This document shows, one piece after another, positions 21,028 to 32,865 of a stretch of 64,000 nt of DNA (within the stretch, counting starts at the first letter, position 1; every line of letters starts with the position of its first letter). This DNA is from Caecitellus pseudoparvulus. Its lineage: Eukaryota > Protista > Bigyra: Bicosoecida. The notes beneath the pieces are model-generated. The model saw only the letters and a program-made list of their open reading frames with translations. It was not told the DNA's origin and did not search any database. Location of the stretch: assembly GCA_965644315.1 (NCBI GenBank), contig CBFFRQ010000088.1:124001-188000 (forward strand), written 5' to 3'. A program made the translations under genes and the position numbers.

Positions 21028-22728
21028 TCAGCTGGCTTGATCGCTTGCGCCACCCAGCACTTCGTCCGCGACGGCGGCGATGACGCCCCATGCGTCCCTC
21101 ACGCTGGATTCGTCGTGTCTGGGGTTCCCGATGGCCAGGCGGATCATGTACTGCCCATCCACCTTCGTATGCACGGCAAAGACGCGCCCTGTAGCATTCA
21201 CCGCCTCCAGCAACTTGGCGCTGCGTTCACCCTCTGGCCCGTCCCGCGCCACACGGAAGCAGACAAGGGACAGGGACGTTGGGGCAGCCAACTCGAAGCG
21301 GGCGTCCGCAGCAATGAGCTGCGTCAACGTCTGCGCCAGGGTGCAGTGCTCGCGAATGTACGCCCGCAGGGCGTCAGCGCCGAACATGCGCAGAACAAAG
21401 AACAACTTCAGGGAGCGGAAACGCCGCCCCAGAGGCACCTGCCAGTCCCGATAGTCCTGCACGTCACCTGCTTCGTACTCGGCGCTGCGCAGGTACTCGG
21501 GGGTGAGGGACAGGGCCTGCAGCAACCAGCGCTTGTCCGCCACCCACATGGCGGAGCAGTCGAAGTTGGTGAGCAGCCACTTGTGCGGGTTGAAGTCGAA
21601 GGAGTCAGCCAGCTCCATGCCCTTGGCCAGGGGGCGGTACTCGGGGCACACCAGCGCACTGCCAGCCCACGCGCCGTCCACATGCAGCCACATGTCATGC
21701 GCTTTGGCCACGCGCCCCAGCCCCTCGATGTCGTCAAAGGCGCCGGTGGAGGTGCTACCCAGGGTGGCGCAGGCGTAGATGGGCACCAGCCCCGCCTTCA
21801 CGTCGGCCTCCACTGCAGCCTGCAAGGTGGCCCCCGTCAGGGCGTGGTTGGCGCCGGCACGGGCTGTGTCGCGCAGGCAGTCCGGCGCCGGGCTGGGCGT
21901 AGTGGGCAGGGCGCGGAAGCGGTCCAGAGCAATGCCTGCGATCATGGCAGCCTTCTTGACGCTGGAGTGTGCTTGCGAGGACGTGTATACGACGAAGCGA
22001 GAGGCCCACTCGTCCTCCGTCACACCCTGTGGCCGCCGGGCTTGGGCGCGAGCCTTCGCCGCCAGCAGCGCCACGGCCGTGGCTTCCGAAGCCGTGCCCT
22101 GGATGACGCCCCCCCCCGCGCCAGTGGAGGCGAAGTGCTCTGGCAGGCCCAGCAGGCCATGCAGCCAGTCCAGTGTGATGGCCTCCAGCTCCGTGCAGGC
22201 GGGGGAGGCCACCCAGGAGAAGCCGATGACGTTGAACATGCCTGAGAGCATGTCCCCCAGCAGGCCCGGCACACTGGTGTTGGCGGGGAAGTACGCCAGG
22301 AAGCCCTTGTGCTGCCAGTGCGTGACGCCGGGCATGATGTGGGCCTGCACGTCTGCCAGCACCTCCTGGAAGGAGTGCGGGGAGCTGGGCACTTCGGACG
22401 GTAGGCGCTCCCTCAGGTACCCTGGCGCCACTGCTGCCTTGACGGGGTGCTGCCCCACAGAGGCGTAGTAGTCTGCGATGAAGTCCACCATCGCATGCCC
22501 ATGCTGCCGAAACGTCTCCCAGTCTTGCACCTGCTGAAACACCTCATGGTGTGCCTTGTGCGCCTCCTCGTCGTACGGGAGGGCAGGCACGCTCCCAGCC
22601 TTGTCAGCCTGAACCCCTGGCTCCTCGCCGCTTTCTGAAGAAACACTCCTGAGAACCAGCCCCGAGGCTGCCACTGATGCCGCACATGCCTTCACAAGGT
22701 GCCTCGATGTGCGAAGGGCTGACAGCAT
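21028..22728 (-). CDS. DDC: PLP-dependent aromatic L-amino-acid decarboxylase (group II), 566 aa, intronless
   Basis: MVDFIADYY, IMPGVTHWQH, WVASPACTELE, GGGVIQGTASEA, LHVDGAWAGSA, FNPHKW (PLP lysine), DYRDWQVPLGRRFRSLKL. Confidence 0.95.
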   Translation of the reverse strand: MLSALRTSRHLVKACAASVAASGLVLRSVSSESGEEPGVQADKAGSVPALPYDEEAHKAHHEVFQQVQDWETFRQHGHAMVDFIADYYASVGQHPVKAAVAPGYLRERLPSEVPSSPHSFQEVLADVQAHIMPGVTHWQHKGFLAYFPANTSVPGLLGDMLSGMFNVIGFSWVASPACTELEAITLDWLHGLLGLPEHFASTGAGGGVIQGTASEATAVALLAAKARAQARRPQGVTEDEWASRFVVYTSSQAHSSVKKAAMIAGIALDRFRALPTTPSPAPDCLRDTARAGANHALTGATLQAAVEADVKAGLVPIYACATLGSTSTGAFDDIEGLGRVAKAHDMWLHVDGAWAGSALVCPEYRPLAKGMELADSFDFNPHKWLLTNFDCSAMWVADKRWLLQALSLTPEYLRSAEYEAGDVQDYRDWQVPLGRRFRSLKLFFVLRMFGADALRAYIREHCTLAQTLTQLIAADARFELAAPTSLSLVCFRVARDGPEGERSAKLLEAVNATGRVFAVHTKVDGQYMIRLAIGNPRHDESSVRDAWGVIAAVADEVLGGASDQAS

Positions 22729-22937
22729 GGCGGCGGGGCTTCGTGTCTGTGCCGGGCGGTGCGGAAATCGCTTCTGCAGGAACTTCCTTGCTCCAGGTGC
22801 AGCGATTCGGGGCAATGCAAGCGGCAGCAAATTCAAAACAAACGCTTAAACACTTAAAACCTTGACAGCATGCAATCGGATAACTTTTGCCTCTCTTTGC
22901 ATTCTGCATCTTGGTACTTGAGGCAGCCTGGCAGCCG

Positions 22938-24614
22938 ATGGCCGCAGCAGAACCCAGCGCCGGTCCAGGCGCCGAGGCAGGCGCCCCAGCCATCGCCCCT
23001 CACCACGCCAAGCTGCTGGCATGGGGCAAGGCCCATGGAGTGACCATGCACGCGGGGCTGAGCATCTTGCACATCAGCGACGCCGAGGGCAGGGGCGTCG
23101 TGGTCACGCAGGCAGTGGCCGAGGGGGAGCGCCTGCTGTGCGTGCCTCGCAGGCTCATGCTGGACGAGACGCGCCTGGCGCGCGACCTCGGCGGCCTCGT
23201 CCAAGCATGCCACGAGCTGCACGAGAACGAGACACTCCTTGCTACGGCCTTCCTGCTCATCGCCGCGCAAGGCAGCGGCCTGCACCCCCCCGCCCCCGGC
23301 GCGCCGAGCTGGGGCGTCTGGCGCCCGTACCTGGACGCCCTGCCGACTCTACAGGAACTGCAGGGCATGCCCCTGCTGTGGAGTGCAGAAGACGTGGCCT
23401 CTGTGCGTTCCAAGCAGTGGCAGGAGGAGGTGACGCGGGCCCAGGCTGACGCCAGCAGCGAGCGAGGCGTGCTGGACACCGCCTTCGCAGCAAGTTGCAA
23501 GGGGGCGGCTGCAGGCACAGCCAGCGGCGGCACCCCAGCAGGCGACATGGACGCTCTGTCGCCCCCCCCTGCCCTGCTCGCCTGCCTGCGAGCGCCGACT
23601 GAGGAGGAGTTCCTGTGGGCTCGTTGCTGTGTGGCTAGCCGGACCTTCCTGGACGGCGGGCACATGGACGAGGAGTTTCTGTTCGCAGAGGCGGCACACA
23701 TGATGCCGGTGGTCATGGTCCCCGTCGCAGACATGATGAACCACGCCTGCCACGGCGTCACCTGCTGCGCCAGCTGGGAGGCCAGCGACGGCGGCGCAGC
23801 ATATGTCCTCGAGGCACCCTGCGACCTTCCGGCTGGCATGCAGGTGTTCATATCCTACGGCGAGAAGGGTGGCGAGGACATGCTGGAGTCGCACGGCTTC
23901 GTTCCACGCCCTCCGCCTGAAGCTGCCGCGTCGGTGAACCCGTACCAGGGCCTGGCCCTGCTCATGGCGCCGCTGACACAGGTGGGTGGTTGGGACGGTC
24001 TCGCGACGCCGGAGCGGCGCGCATCCAGCCTGGAGTATTTCCTGACGTGTTCCACGGCAGTGGAGGTGTACGGCTCTGTGGGCAGCATGCTGGATGTGCT
24101 GAAGTACATGCGAATAGCGCTGGGCCCGGCCGCCGTCCTGGAGTCGCCCACGCCGCCCACCCAGATCCTCAACGGCCTGCACTCGCTGAGCCACGAGGCC
24201 TTCGTTCTGCGCCAAGCGGTGCAGGCGGCCATGCGCACCAGTGGCATGCTGGACAGCGAGTGGAGTGCGGAGCTGCAGCAGCTGTTGCAGCAGGCGGGCC
24301 TACACAGCCCTGCCGCTGGCACCGCCACGAAAGCCACGAGCACACCCCGCGCCGAGGTGCAGGAGCTCCTGCGCCAGCGCCGCCTGGCAGTGGAGCACAT
24401 CCTGTCCTTCTGGCTCGCCTTGCTCAGCTTTGTGTCGGGGCTGGCGGAAGGCCAGGGCGCCAAGCCCAGCATGGCCCAGCTGGATGCTTGGTGCAGCGCT
24501 GCAGTGGGCGACAAGCAGCAGGCGCCCGTGCTGCCCCTGTGGCACGCAGGAGACGTGCAGTCCCTGGCCAGCCAGTACATCGGCAGCCTGCTGCGCCTGC
24601 CGCGGCCACAGTGA
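22938..24614 (+). CDS. SET-domain methyltransferase (SETD3/SETD6/Rubisco-LSMT class), 558 aa
   Basis: GRGVVVTQAVAEGERLLCVP, WRPYLDALP, FLWARCCVASRTF, MVPVADMMNH, QVFISYG...LESHGFV. Confidence 0.88.
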   Translation: MAAAEPSAGPGAEAGAPAIAPHHAKLLAWGKAHGVTMHAGLSILHISDAEGRGVVVTQAVAEGERLLCVPRRLMLDETRLARDLGGLVQACHELHENETLLATAFLLIAAQGSGLHPPAPGAPSWGVWRPYLDALPTLQELQGMPLLWSAEDVASVRSKQWQEEVTRAQADASSERGVLDTAFAASCKGAAAGTASGGTPAGDMDALSPPPALLACLRAPTEEEFLWARCCVASRTFLDGGHMDEEFLFAEAAHMMPVVMVPVADMMNHACHGVTCCASWEASDGGAAYVLEAPCDLPAGMQVFISYGEKGGEDMLESHGFVPRPPPEAAASVNPYQGLALLMAPLTQVGGWDGLATPERRASSLEYFLTCSTAVEVYGSVGSMLDVLKYMRIALGPAAVLESPTPPTQILNGLHSLSHEAFVLRQAVQAAMRTSGMLDSEWSAELQQLLQQAGLHSPAAGTATKATSTPRAEVQELLRQRRLAVEHILSFWLALLSFVSGLAEGQGAKPSMAQLDAWCSAAVGDKQQAPVLPLWHAGDVQSLASQYIGSLLRLPRPQ

Positions 24615-24684
24615 TGGGAAGTGCATTGTCGGCAGGGACGGGCGCGGAGTGCACGTCCTGGCCCCCCCGGCTGCCGCGCAGCCT

Positions 24685-26046
24685 CTATTCCGCTGTCGCG
24701 AAGGCAGACTTGTCCAAGGAGTCGAAGTACGGGTGCTCCAGGGCGGCCTTGCAAGAAATGCGGTCGGCAGGGTTGTACGCCAGCATCTTCTGTGGGACGA
24801 GGGCGGCCGGGGCTGGTTGGGTGGAGCACTGGCGTGCCAGACGCGGCCCGACGACTTACGGTGAGCAGATCCAGCGCATCGCCTGTGAACTTCGGGAAGG
24901 CCTTGTCGGCGGGCTTGGCGGGCCACTTGGGGAAGTGGGGCTTGAAGTCAGGCAGCTTCGTGACACCAGGCCACACGGTCTCGTTGGGCGTGCCCAGGGT
25001 CCTGCAATGCAAGGGGGACAGCGCCATTGCAAGCTTGCACAGCGTGCTACACCGACATTGCGCGGTGCTCACCTGAAGATGCGGAAGATCTCGTCCACTT
25101 CGCTGTCACCGGGCCACAGCGGCTTCCTGTTCACCATCTCTGCAAAGATGGTGCCGACGCTCCACATGTCCACGGCGGGAGAATATGTGCGCTGGCCGAG
25201 CAGGATTTCCGGGGCACGGTACCACAGTGTCACAACCTGTGGACAAGGCGACGCAGGCAGTGTCTTGCTGGACGGCCGTTACGGAGCAATTTCCGCATGC
25301 GCCCCTCGCTGCCAGCCCGCGACAGGCGGCACCTGGACTTGGCAGAGCTGGCAGACAAGCAGGCAGGATGATGGGCATGCACGTGCTGCACTCACCTCGT
25401 GGGTGTACATGCGCAGGGGGATGAGGAAGGCGCGAGCAAGGCCAAAGTCCGCGATCTTCAGGACTCCGTGCACGTCCACGAGCAGGTTCTGGGGCTTCAG
25501 ATCGCGGTGCATGATGCCACGCTTGTGGCAAAAGTCCATGCCCAGCAAGAGCTGGTACATGTATGACTGCGCAGGCAAGGGAAGGGGCCGCAGCTTGTGG
25601 AGCGGTCCAGTGTGAAGCACTGCCGCTGTGCGCACCTTGACCAAGTCCGAGCTCATGCCGCCCTTGACGCTGTCCATGTAGTTCTTGAGGTCCTTGTCCA
25701 ACCACTCAAACACCAAGTACAACCTGCGCTCACTGTGCTCCACTTCCTTCAGCCTGCGAGTCGTTGGCGTTGCGGTGCGCCGAGAAGCGCCACGGAGCCA
25801 AACGCCGCGCGGCACGCACTCGACGATGTTGGGGTGCGTCAGCTCCTTGAGGAGGGAAATCTCACGCAGGGCGGTGCTGGGCACTCCCTCGTCTTCCATT
25901 TCCAGCCGGATCTTCTTCATGGCCACCGTCTCGCCTGTCAGCTTGTTCTTGGCACGGTACACCACGCCGTAGGTGCCCTGGCCGACTGGCTTCTCCACCC
26001 GGTCATACTTTGCGAGGCCGGTGAGGCCCCCAGTTGCAGCTGCCAT
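24685..26046 (-). CDS. CDK1: Cyclin-dependent kinase, CDK1/2 (cdc2)-like with PSTALRE, 308 aa; exons 26046-25820, 25753-25636, 25566-25396, 25236-25073, 25001-24860, 24789-24685
   Basis: [48 protein letters not shown]|[17 protein letters not shown]; five GT-AG introns with consistent phases. Confidence 0.93.
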
Positions 26047-26473
26047 GGCAAAGCCAGTTTGTTGGTGAGAGACTTCACAGGGTGCTCGCTGCAGGCATCG
26101 GTCGTGCTATGGTGACATGGGTTTGGCGCGCAGGCGCTTGTGCATGGCTGGCGCGAGTGTCAACGGCAGCTGGCGCGCCACGGCTGGAGCGGCGGGGTTG
26201 AGACGCCAGGGCCAGGCACGCAGGGGCATGAGTGCGGGTGCGATTTCACACAACTTGGGATCGTAGGACTGCTGTGGAGGCAGCTTTCGTGCCCGGGATC
26301 AGCGAGGCACTGTGCGAGGCAGCGCATGACATGCTCCCCTCCGCCGTGGCAGAGCCAGGCAAACCTTGCAGGCGGGAAAAAATCGCACCAGCACACACAG
26401 GCGCTGGGAACGTATGCCCGCTGACCCATTCCAGGGACCTGTGTGAATGCTTGTGCATGAAGGCTTCGGCATC

Positions 26474-28968
26474 ATGGGCTGCACCTCCAGCAAGGCCACC
26501 GATGTGGCAACCATGAACCCGGCGGCACATGGAGTCACTGTGCCTTCCCCGCTGAGTTCCGAGCGAAGCACTCGGTCAGGAGGGGACATGCTGACGACAG
26601 CAGCATTGAAGAGCAAGAAGCAAGGCCGGACGCAGATTACGGGGGAGTCCCTGGACGTGGAGGCTGTGCAGCGCACGTTCAGGCCCAAAGTGGTGCCAAA
26701 GGCACCCGCAGTCCAGGCACTGATCTTGCAGGCCCTGGCGCAGAACTCGCTCCTGGACGCCCTCGGAGACGAAGAGCGCAACACCATGATGCAGTGCATG
26801 ACCAGCGAAGTGCTGCCTGTCGGGCAGAGCATCATCAAGCAGGTGAGCGCGAAGCCTGGCGGCGCTGCGTTTTCGGCGGGCTGTCAACTTCCGCTGCACC
26901 CCTGCGCGCGCAGGGCGACACCCGCGGCAACTTCTTCTACGTGGTGTCCAGTGGCTGCCTTGATATCCTTGTGGGCGGGGACAAGAAGGCAGAAGCTGTG
27001 CCCCCCGGCACTGCCCCTGGCTCCTTCCCGGCAGTGCACTCGTTCGGGGAGCTGGCCCTGCTCTTCGACAGCCCTCGAGCTGCGACGGTCAAGGCAGCCA
27101 CTCACGCGGAGCTGTGGAAGCTGGACCGCCTCACGTTCAAGAGTATCTTGATGACGACATCTCAAGGCGACATCACACGCATCAAGACGGCGCTGTCCCA
27201 CGAGCGGTCTCCGCTGGCATCGCTGACGCCTGTGCAGCTGGACCGCGTGGCTGAGGTCGCCATGCTGCAGACCTACAAGAAAGGGGACCAGATCATCAAG
27301 AAGGGGGACATGGGGGACGTCTTCTACTACATCGAGCACGGCAGCGTGCTGTGCACCAACATTGACGGCCAGAGCAACAATGTGCTGTGCGCCGGGGACT
27401 ACGTGGGCGAGCAGGCCCTCATCGAGAACGTGCCGCGCAAAGCAGACGTCTTGGCGGAGACAGACGAGGTGCACCTCATCGCCATTCACCGAGAGGACTT
27501 CAACTTGCTGCTGGGGGACTTGGGGGACCTGCTGAAGCAGAACCACCGCATGCGGCAGCTGCTGTGCGTGCCCGCCATGGCCCACTTGTCGGAGGCGGAC
27601 CGCACCCGCATCCTGAATGCGGTGCAGCTCGTCGAATTCGAGAGTGGCGACGTGGTGTGTGACGCAGGAGATCACTTCTCAGGCTTTCACATCATCAGCG
27701 AGGGCAGTGTGGCGGTCATGAACCCCGACTCGGGGAGTGAGGAGGCTGTCCTGCGGGCCGTGACTGGCGTTGGCTTGCCGCAGCTCATGGCCAACAGCCC
27801 CGCCGGCAAGCACTACGTGGCCAAGGGAAAGGCGTTGTGCTTTTTCATCGGCAAGGAGGAGTTCGATGCATTCCTGCGCCCGGTCGCTGCAAACCTTGCC
27901 CCAGCCGCGGCCACCCGCCCTGCGACGGGCGCCGGCACTGCAGCGCCCTCTGCGGGCCAAGGCTCAGCTTTGGATGCGCCTGCCAGCCACCTGCGGGACA
28001 TTCCCTTCTCCCGGCTGCGGATAGGGAAGACGCTGGGCATGGGCACGTTCGGGCGAGTGAAGCTGGTTGTGGACAAGGCCGACGGGGAGGCGTACGCGTT
28101 GAAGATGCTGCAGAAGGCCCAAATCGTCGCCATGAAGCAGAAGAAGAACGTGATGCTGGAGAAGGACATCCTCATGGCGCTGAACCACCCCTTCGTGCTG
28201 AAGATGTTCGCGACGTACAAGGACAAGAACCGCCTGTACATGCTGATGGAGCTGGTGCAGGGCGGGGAGCTGTTCACGCGCCTGCAGTCCCAGGGCGGGG
28301 CCGTCTCCGTCTCGGCCACCCGGTTCTACGGCTCCTGCGTGCTGGATGCCCTGCACTACCTGCATGACCGCAACATCGTGTACCGCGACCTGAAGCCAGA
28401 GAACCTGCTCGTGGACAGCACGGGGCACGTGAAGGTGGTGGACTTCGGCTTCGCCAAGTTTGTCAAGTCCCGCACCTACACGCTGTGCGGGACTCCAGAG
28501 TACCTCGCCCCCGAACTCGTCCTGCTGAAGGGGCACAACAAAGCCGTGGACTACTGGGCTCTGGGGGTGCTGCTGTACGAGATGGCGGTGGGGTACAGTC
28601 CATTTGCTGACCACGAGTCGGGCTCGCAGAAAGCCATCTTCAGGAATATCGTGTACAACACTGTGGACTTCCCCAAAGCGCTTCAGCGGGAGGACGAACT
28701 CGTGCAGGTCATCAGGGCCCTGCTCACAAAGGACAAGTCCAAGCGCTTGGGCTCGCTGAAAGGGGGTGCCGAGGACATCAAGGCTCACGCCTTCTTCAGG
28801 CGTCCCAACCCCGCGGCTTGGGAGCGCCTGCGCAGCATGCGGGAGAAGACGCCTTGGATCCCCCCTCTGAAGAGCGCCACTGACACGTCTAACTTCGACC
28901 CGTACGACGAGGAGGAGGACGTCGAGCCGTACCGCGACGACGGCACTGGTTGGGACAAGGACTTTTGA
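26474..28968 (+). CDS. cGMP-dependent-protein-kinase-like (three cNMP-binding domains + AGC kinase), 807 aa; exons 26474-26842, 26914-28968
   Basis: MGC N-terminus (acylation motif), FGELALLFDSPRAATV, VGEQALIENVPRKADV, degenerate third CNB, LGMGTFGRV, YRDLKPEN, DFGFAK, TYTLCGTPEYLAPE. Confidence 0.92.
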
Positions 28969-28980
28969 ACGGTCCAATCG

Positions 28981-28992
28981 CTGTCAATGCAA
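28981..28992 (+). promoter_or_regulatory. CTGTCAATGCAA, representative copy of the candidate 3'-end motif (C)AATGCA
   Basis: Lies just after the PKG-like stop codon; the identical 12-mer is at 52673-52684 after the giant gene; the core recurs after eight other genes. Confidence 0.45.
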
Positions 28993-28993
28993 G

Positions 28994-31900
28994 TCAAGTG
29001 CCGCGGGCAACCCCTGCGTAGAAGCCGTTGAAGTCCAGGCGCGCCAGCAGCTGGCGCAGGCGGGAGCCCAGCTCCCTCTCAGCCCTCGAGTCCAGCTTGC
29101 CCATGAACGTGCGGAGGAAGGAGTTGAACAGCTGCCCGGACTTCTCCATGGTGCGCTGCCAGGCAGCTTGCCCCATTTGGTGCTCGATGGCTTCGATTTG
29201 CACCCGTGCGCGCTTCGTGCGCACGGCGACATCCGACAAGATGCTGGGGTCACTGGGCTGTGCCGCCTCGTCGATACGCTCCGCCAGCGTCTTGCGGCCT
29301 GGCTTCGTACCCACAGAGAAAGCCTGTGCCTTCTGACTGCCCGTGGCACTGAAGTGCCGTGCACGGCCATACGCCAGCCCCTGCTCAGCCCGCCGCCTGC
29401 GGGCAGCGCGAGCCTTGGCCATGGCCGCCGCTTGCTCAGGGGTGATGCCGGCCCGCGCATCGATCTCTTCTGGACTCAGCTTCGCCGACTGCAGCATGGT
29501 GTTGAGCTGCGTCGCGAACAAGAAGCACAGCGTGACGAGCTTGTTCAGCAGGCGCAGCAGCTCCAGGCTGGTCAACAGGCACTCCTTCAGGCCCGTGTTC
29601 AGGAACTCGCAGTGCACGCGGATGACCTCGTCAATGGACTTGCAGCTGCGCAGGCCCTCCTGCATCTCGTGCCAGCGGGGCTCAAACACTTCAAAGGTGC
29701 AGTAGTAGATGAAGTTCTGAAGAAAATGCAGCATGCGCTGCCTCAGAGCGTACGAGCGAGCCAGCGTGGAGGTGAGGTTCAGCCCCTTCACTTCTTGGTG
29801 CGCCTGCCAGCAGTCGCAGAGCACCCGCTCCACATACCTGCAGAAGAACAAGTGCCTGAACAAGAGCTGGTACTTGGTCATGCTGCGCTTGGACAGGACG
29901 AGGGTGAGGGGCCAGGCGGCCGCGAAGTCCAGGGTGAAGGCGGCATACCCCTTGAGCACCTCCCCTGCTCGGCGCGGCACGCGGGTGACCGCCTCGCCAC
30001 GAGCCTCAGCGTGCACGGCCTGGATGTGCTGCACCAGATTCATGCTTCCCAGGGTGCAGGAAACGGCATCGGCGTCCTCTTCGGGGATGCCAGGCAGGCC
30101 GCGCAGCGCCAAGTCCAGGAGTCCCCGCAGGCGCTGCAAGGAGGCTGTGCCTGCCGCCCCTGCATCCTGCAGCACGCCGCCCCCCGTCGTCAGGCCCAGC
30201 CCCGACGCGGGGTCCACTTCCTTGGCTAGCTCCTCCCCCGCCGAGTCCATGAAGGCGGAGAGGAAGTCCCCGCTGGACATGAGGAAGAGCGCCTTCATGC
30301 TGTCCAGGCGCTGGGGCAGGCGGCCCACCTGCATGACCTGGTGCATGAGCCTGGAGCTGGCGTGCTGCATGGCTCGACCCAGCACCTCAGAGTACGCGGC
30401 AGGGTCTGTGGAGAAGGGGATGTCCCTGGCGCCGGGGCACTCGGCCGCCACACCACACAGACGCAGTGCGTACAAGTACTTGCCCGCCGTGAGCAGGGCG
30501 TCACCGTGGCTCTCCAAGAACCCCGGCAATTGCCGTGCGTTCAGACACACGCGCTGCTCCCAGAAGGCTGCGTTGTAGTCTCGGGACAGCGCTGACGCCT
30601 TTTCATGAACCTGCTCCTGCACTGCAAAGCCGGCCCGCGCAGCAGCCCCCTCAGGCAGGCGCCCTGTGAACACCCACGCGGCAACCTGAGCCAGGAATGG
30701 GCGGGCTGCTGCGGCGAGGGCAAAGTGGAACAACGCCTTGGACGTCTCATCCCCCGCCTGCAGCCAAGACAGGTACAGGGAATGCAGCAGGGCGCCTCCA
30801 CAAGCCGTCTGGGACTGCTGCACACAGGCGTGCAGCGTGCGCACGGTGCGCGACGCAGGCTGAAGGTGGTACCAAAGGCCTTGCAAGGAGAGGCCTGGCG
30901 CTGCACCTGCGGCGGGGGGCATGCGATGCTGCTCCTCCAGCTGCGCCACCAGGCGCTCCACCTCGGACACGACCTGCCCCAGCGCCGCCGCCAGTGCTTG
31001 TGCCACCTTGCCGGACCCGGGCAGGCTGCGGCGCTCCACAAACCTCCGACATGCGACCAGCTGCTCGGCGAGGGGGAGCATGCGCTGCACCAAAGACCGC
31101 GCCGAGACGTCACTGGGGCCGGGTGACCCCCCACCAGAGGGGATGAGGTGGAACGCCACCCGGTCCGGTGCCGTCGAATCGGCGGCATGTGGCGGGCTGG
31201 CCCCGCCTGCATCCAAGGCCGGCTGAATGTACCTGCCAGGGAACCCCAGAAGCACGTCCAGGACGTCTTCGACGAGGGACGCCTCTTGCAGGGAGGGAGG
31301 CGCTCGGCCCAGCTCCAGGGGGGGGGCTGCCGCTTCAGGCGGCGGCAGCACAAACACGTCTGCGGCCGTGGCAGAGGGCCGACACAGCGCCCACAAAGGC
31401 ACTGTGGCAGTGTGTGGCAGTGCTGCAGCAAAGAGCATGCAGCCTGGCAGGGCCAAGCCAGCAGGCCATGCCGGTGAGTGTGTTAGACAGGTGGACTCGG
31501 CCAGCAGGCCGCTGGTGAAGAGAGCCGTGGAGGTGGGGCCCCCGGAGGCGGCGTGAAAGATGCAGGAAGGCGCGAGTGTGCCAGGAGCTGGGGCGGTAGG
31601 TGGAGAGGCGTCCGCTTCAGCGGGGTTCGGCAGCGCCACTCGGCCCAGCAAGTGGTTGGTCACGGGTTGCAGGCTCTGCAGCTCCAGCGCTGGCCCGCCG
31701 GCAGAGGCGCCTGGATCCACAGCCGCCGCGAGGAAGGAGTGCGGCTGCCCCTGAGGACTCAGGAGGAAAGGCTCTCCGGCCCGCACTGTTGGTGGCGCGC
31801 TGGAGTCAGCGCGCGCTTGAGCACGTCTGGCCAGGTGCAGGGGGGTGGTGAGCTGCCAGACTGTGCCAGGCTGGCCGAGCACCCCGCCAGCATGCACGGC

Positions 31901-32865
31901 GCCTGAGCCCTCGTGAATGCCCAGCAAGCGGCCAGTCTTCGTGCACCGCACTGAGAGCGCGCTGCCCACGACCATGGGCGCTGCAGGGTCGGCGCCTGGG
32001 GCAGGCAGGAGCTCCCACACCTCTCGCGACCGCCCCGTGCCTGTGCCGGCCAGCGCAGCCCCGCGCAGGTCCATAGCCGATGCGTCCTCAGAGGCGGAGG
32101 CGCTGTCATCCCCCACTGCTTGCACGCTGCTGTCCAAGACGCTCAGCTCATCAGGGTCCCGCGGCATGGTGGCGGAGGAGACGGAGGCGCCACTGAAGCT
32201 GCGGCCGTGTTCGAAGGAGCTGCTGCCGCCCCCCGTGGCGGCAGAGAGGAAGTGAGAAGGCTCATGCAGGTTGCGAATGAGTACTTGGGCGCCGAAGTGC
32301 AGCACCGCGGGGTCCAGGGCCTGGTGGGGGGGAGGGGGGCGCGTGGCGGCTTGAGCAGCTGCGCCAGCCTTGCCTTCCGCATGTGCAGCGCTGGAGGGCT
32401 GAGGGGCAGTGCCCCGGGCCCTTCGAACCCTGACGCGCTGAGCACCTGCCGCTTCGGTGGCTTGCACAGTCGTGGCGCCTCCCAGCTCGGCCAGCAGGTA
32501 GGAGTCCTCCAGCTCCCCGGCAATGGCGGCGAGCAACGGCGCCAGCCCGCCCATGTCCTTCGCCACCAGCTGCATGAATGCAGAGTCAGTCAAGGCCTCC
32601 TTTCCTGGAACAGAGTGCCCTTTCAACAAGTTCAGGATGCGTGCGAGGTTCGCCTGGGGCAGGCAGCGTGCAGCGTGAGCGTGTGGCGGCAGGCGCACTG
32701 CGGCTTTTGAGTTGGTGCTGTGCACCGTACCGTTGGAAGGCGCTGTGCTTCGTCTGGCCGCGCGGAAAACAGCCCAGCGCAGTGCTCCACAAAGTCTTCA
32801 TCGGCCAGGTCCAGGGACGACAGCAAAGCCTGCACGAGCCGACTGCGGCCTCCCTGGGCTGCCAT
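28994..32865 (-). CDS. TUBGCP2: Gamma-tubulin complex component 2 (GCP2/Spc97), ~1264 aa; exons 32865-32731, 32653-28994
   Basis: QEASLVEDVLDVLLGFPGRYI, LSLQGLWYHLQP, ILxxGKYL-like LLTAGKYL, WPLTLVLSKRSMTKYQLLFRHLF, LRQRMLHFLQNFIYY...FEVFEPRW, terminal LARLDFNGFY. First exon inferred through a 77-nt intron. Confidence 0.9.

Noticed and set aside
25860-25895. PSTALRE instead of PSTAIRE in the CDK
   Set aside because: A known conservative variant in protist and algal cell-cycle CDKs; not novel.
26034-26052. Palindrome TGCCATGGCA resembling an RFX X-box
   Set aside because: It overlaps the CDK start codon and is just the GCCATGGC Kozak context.
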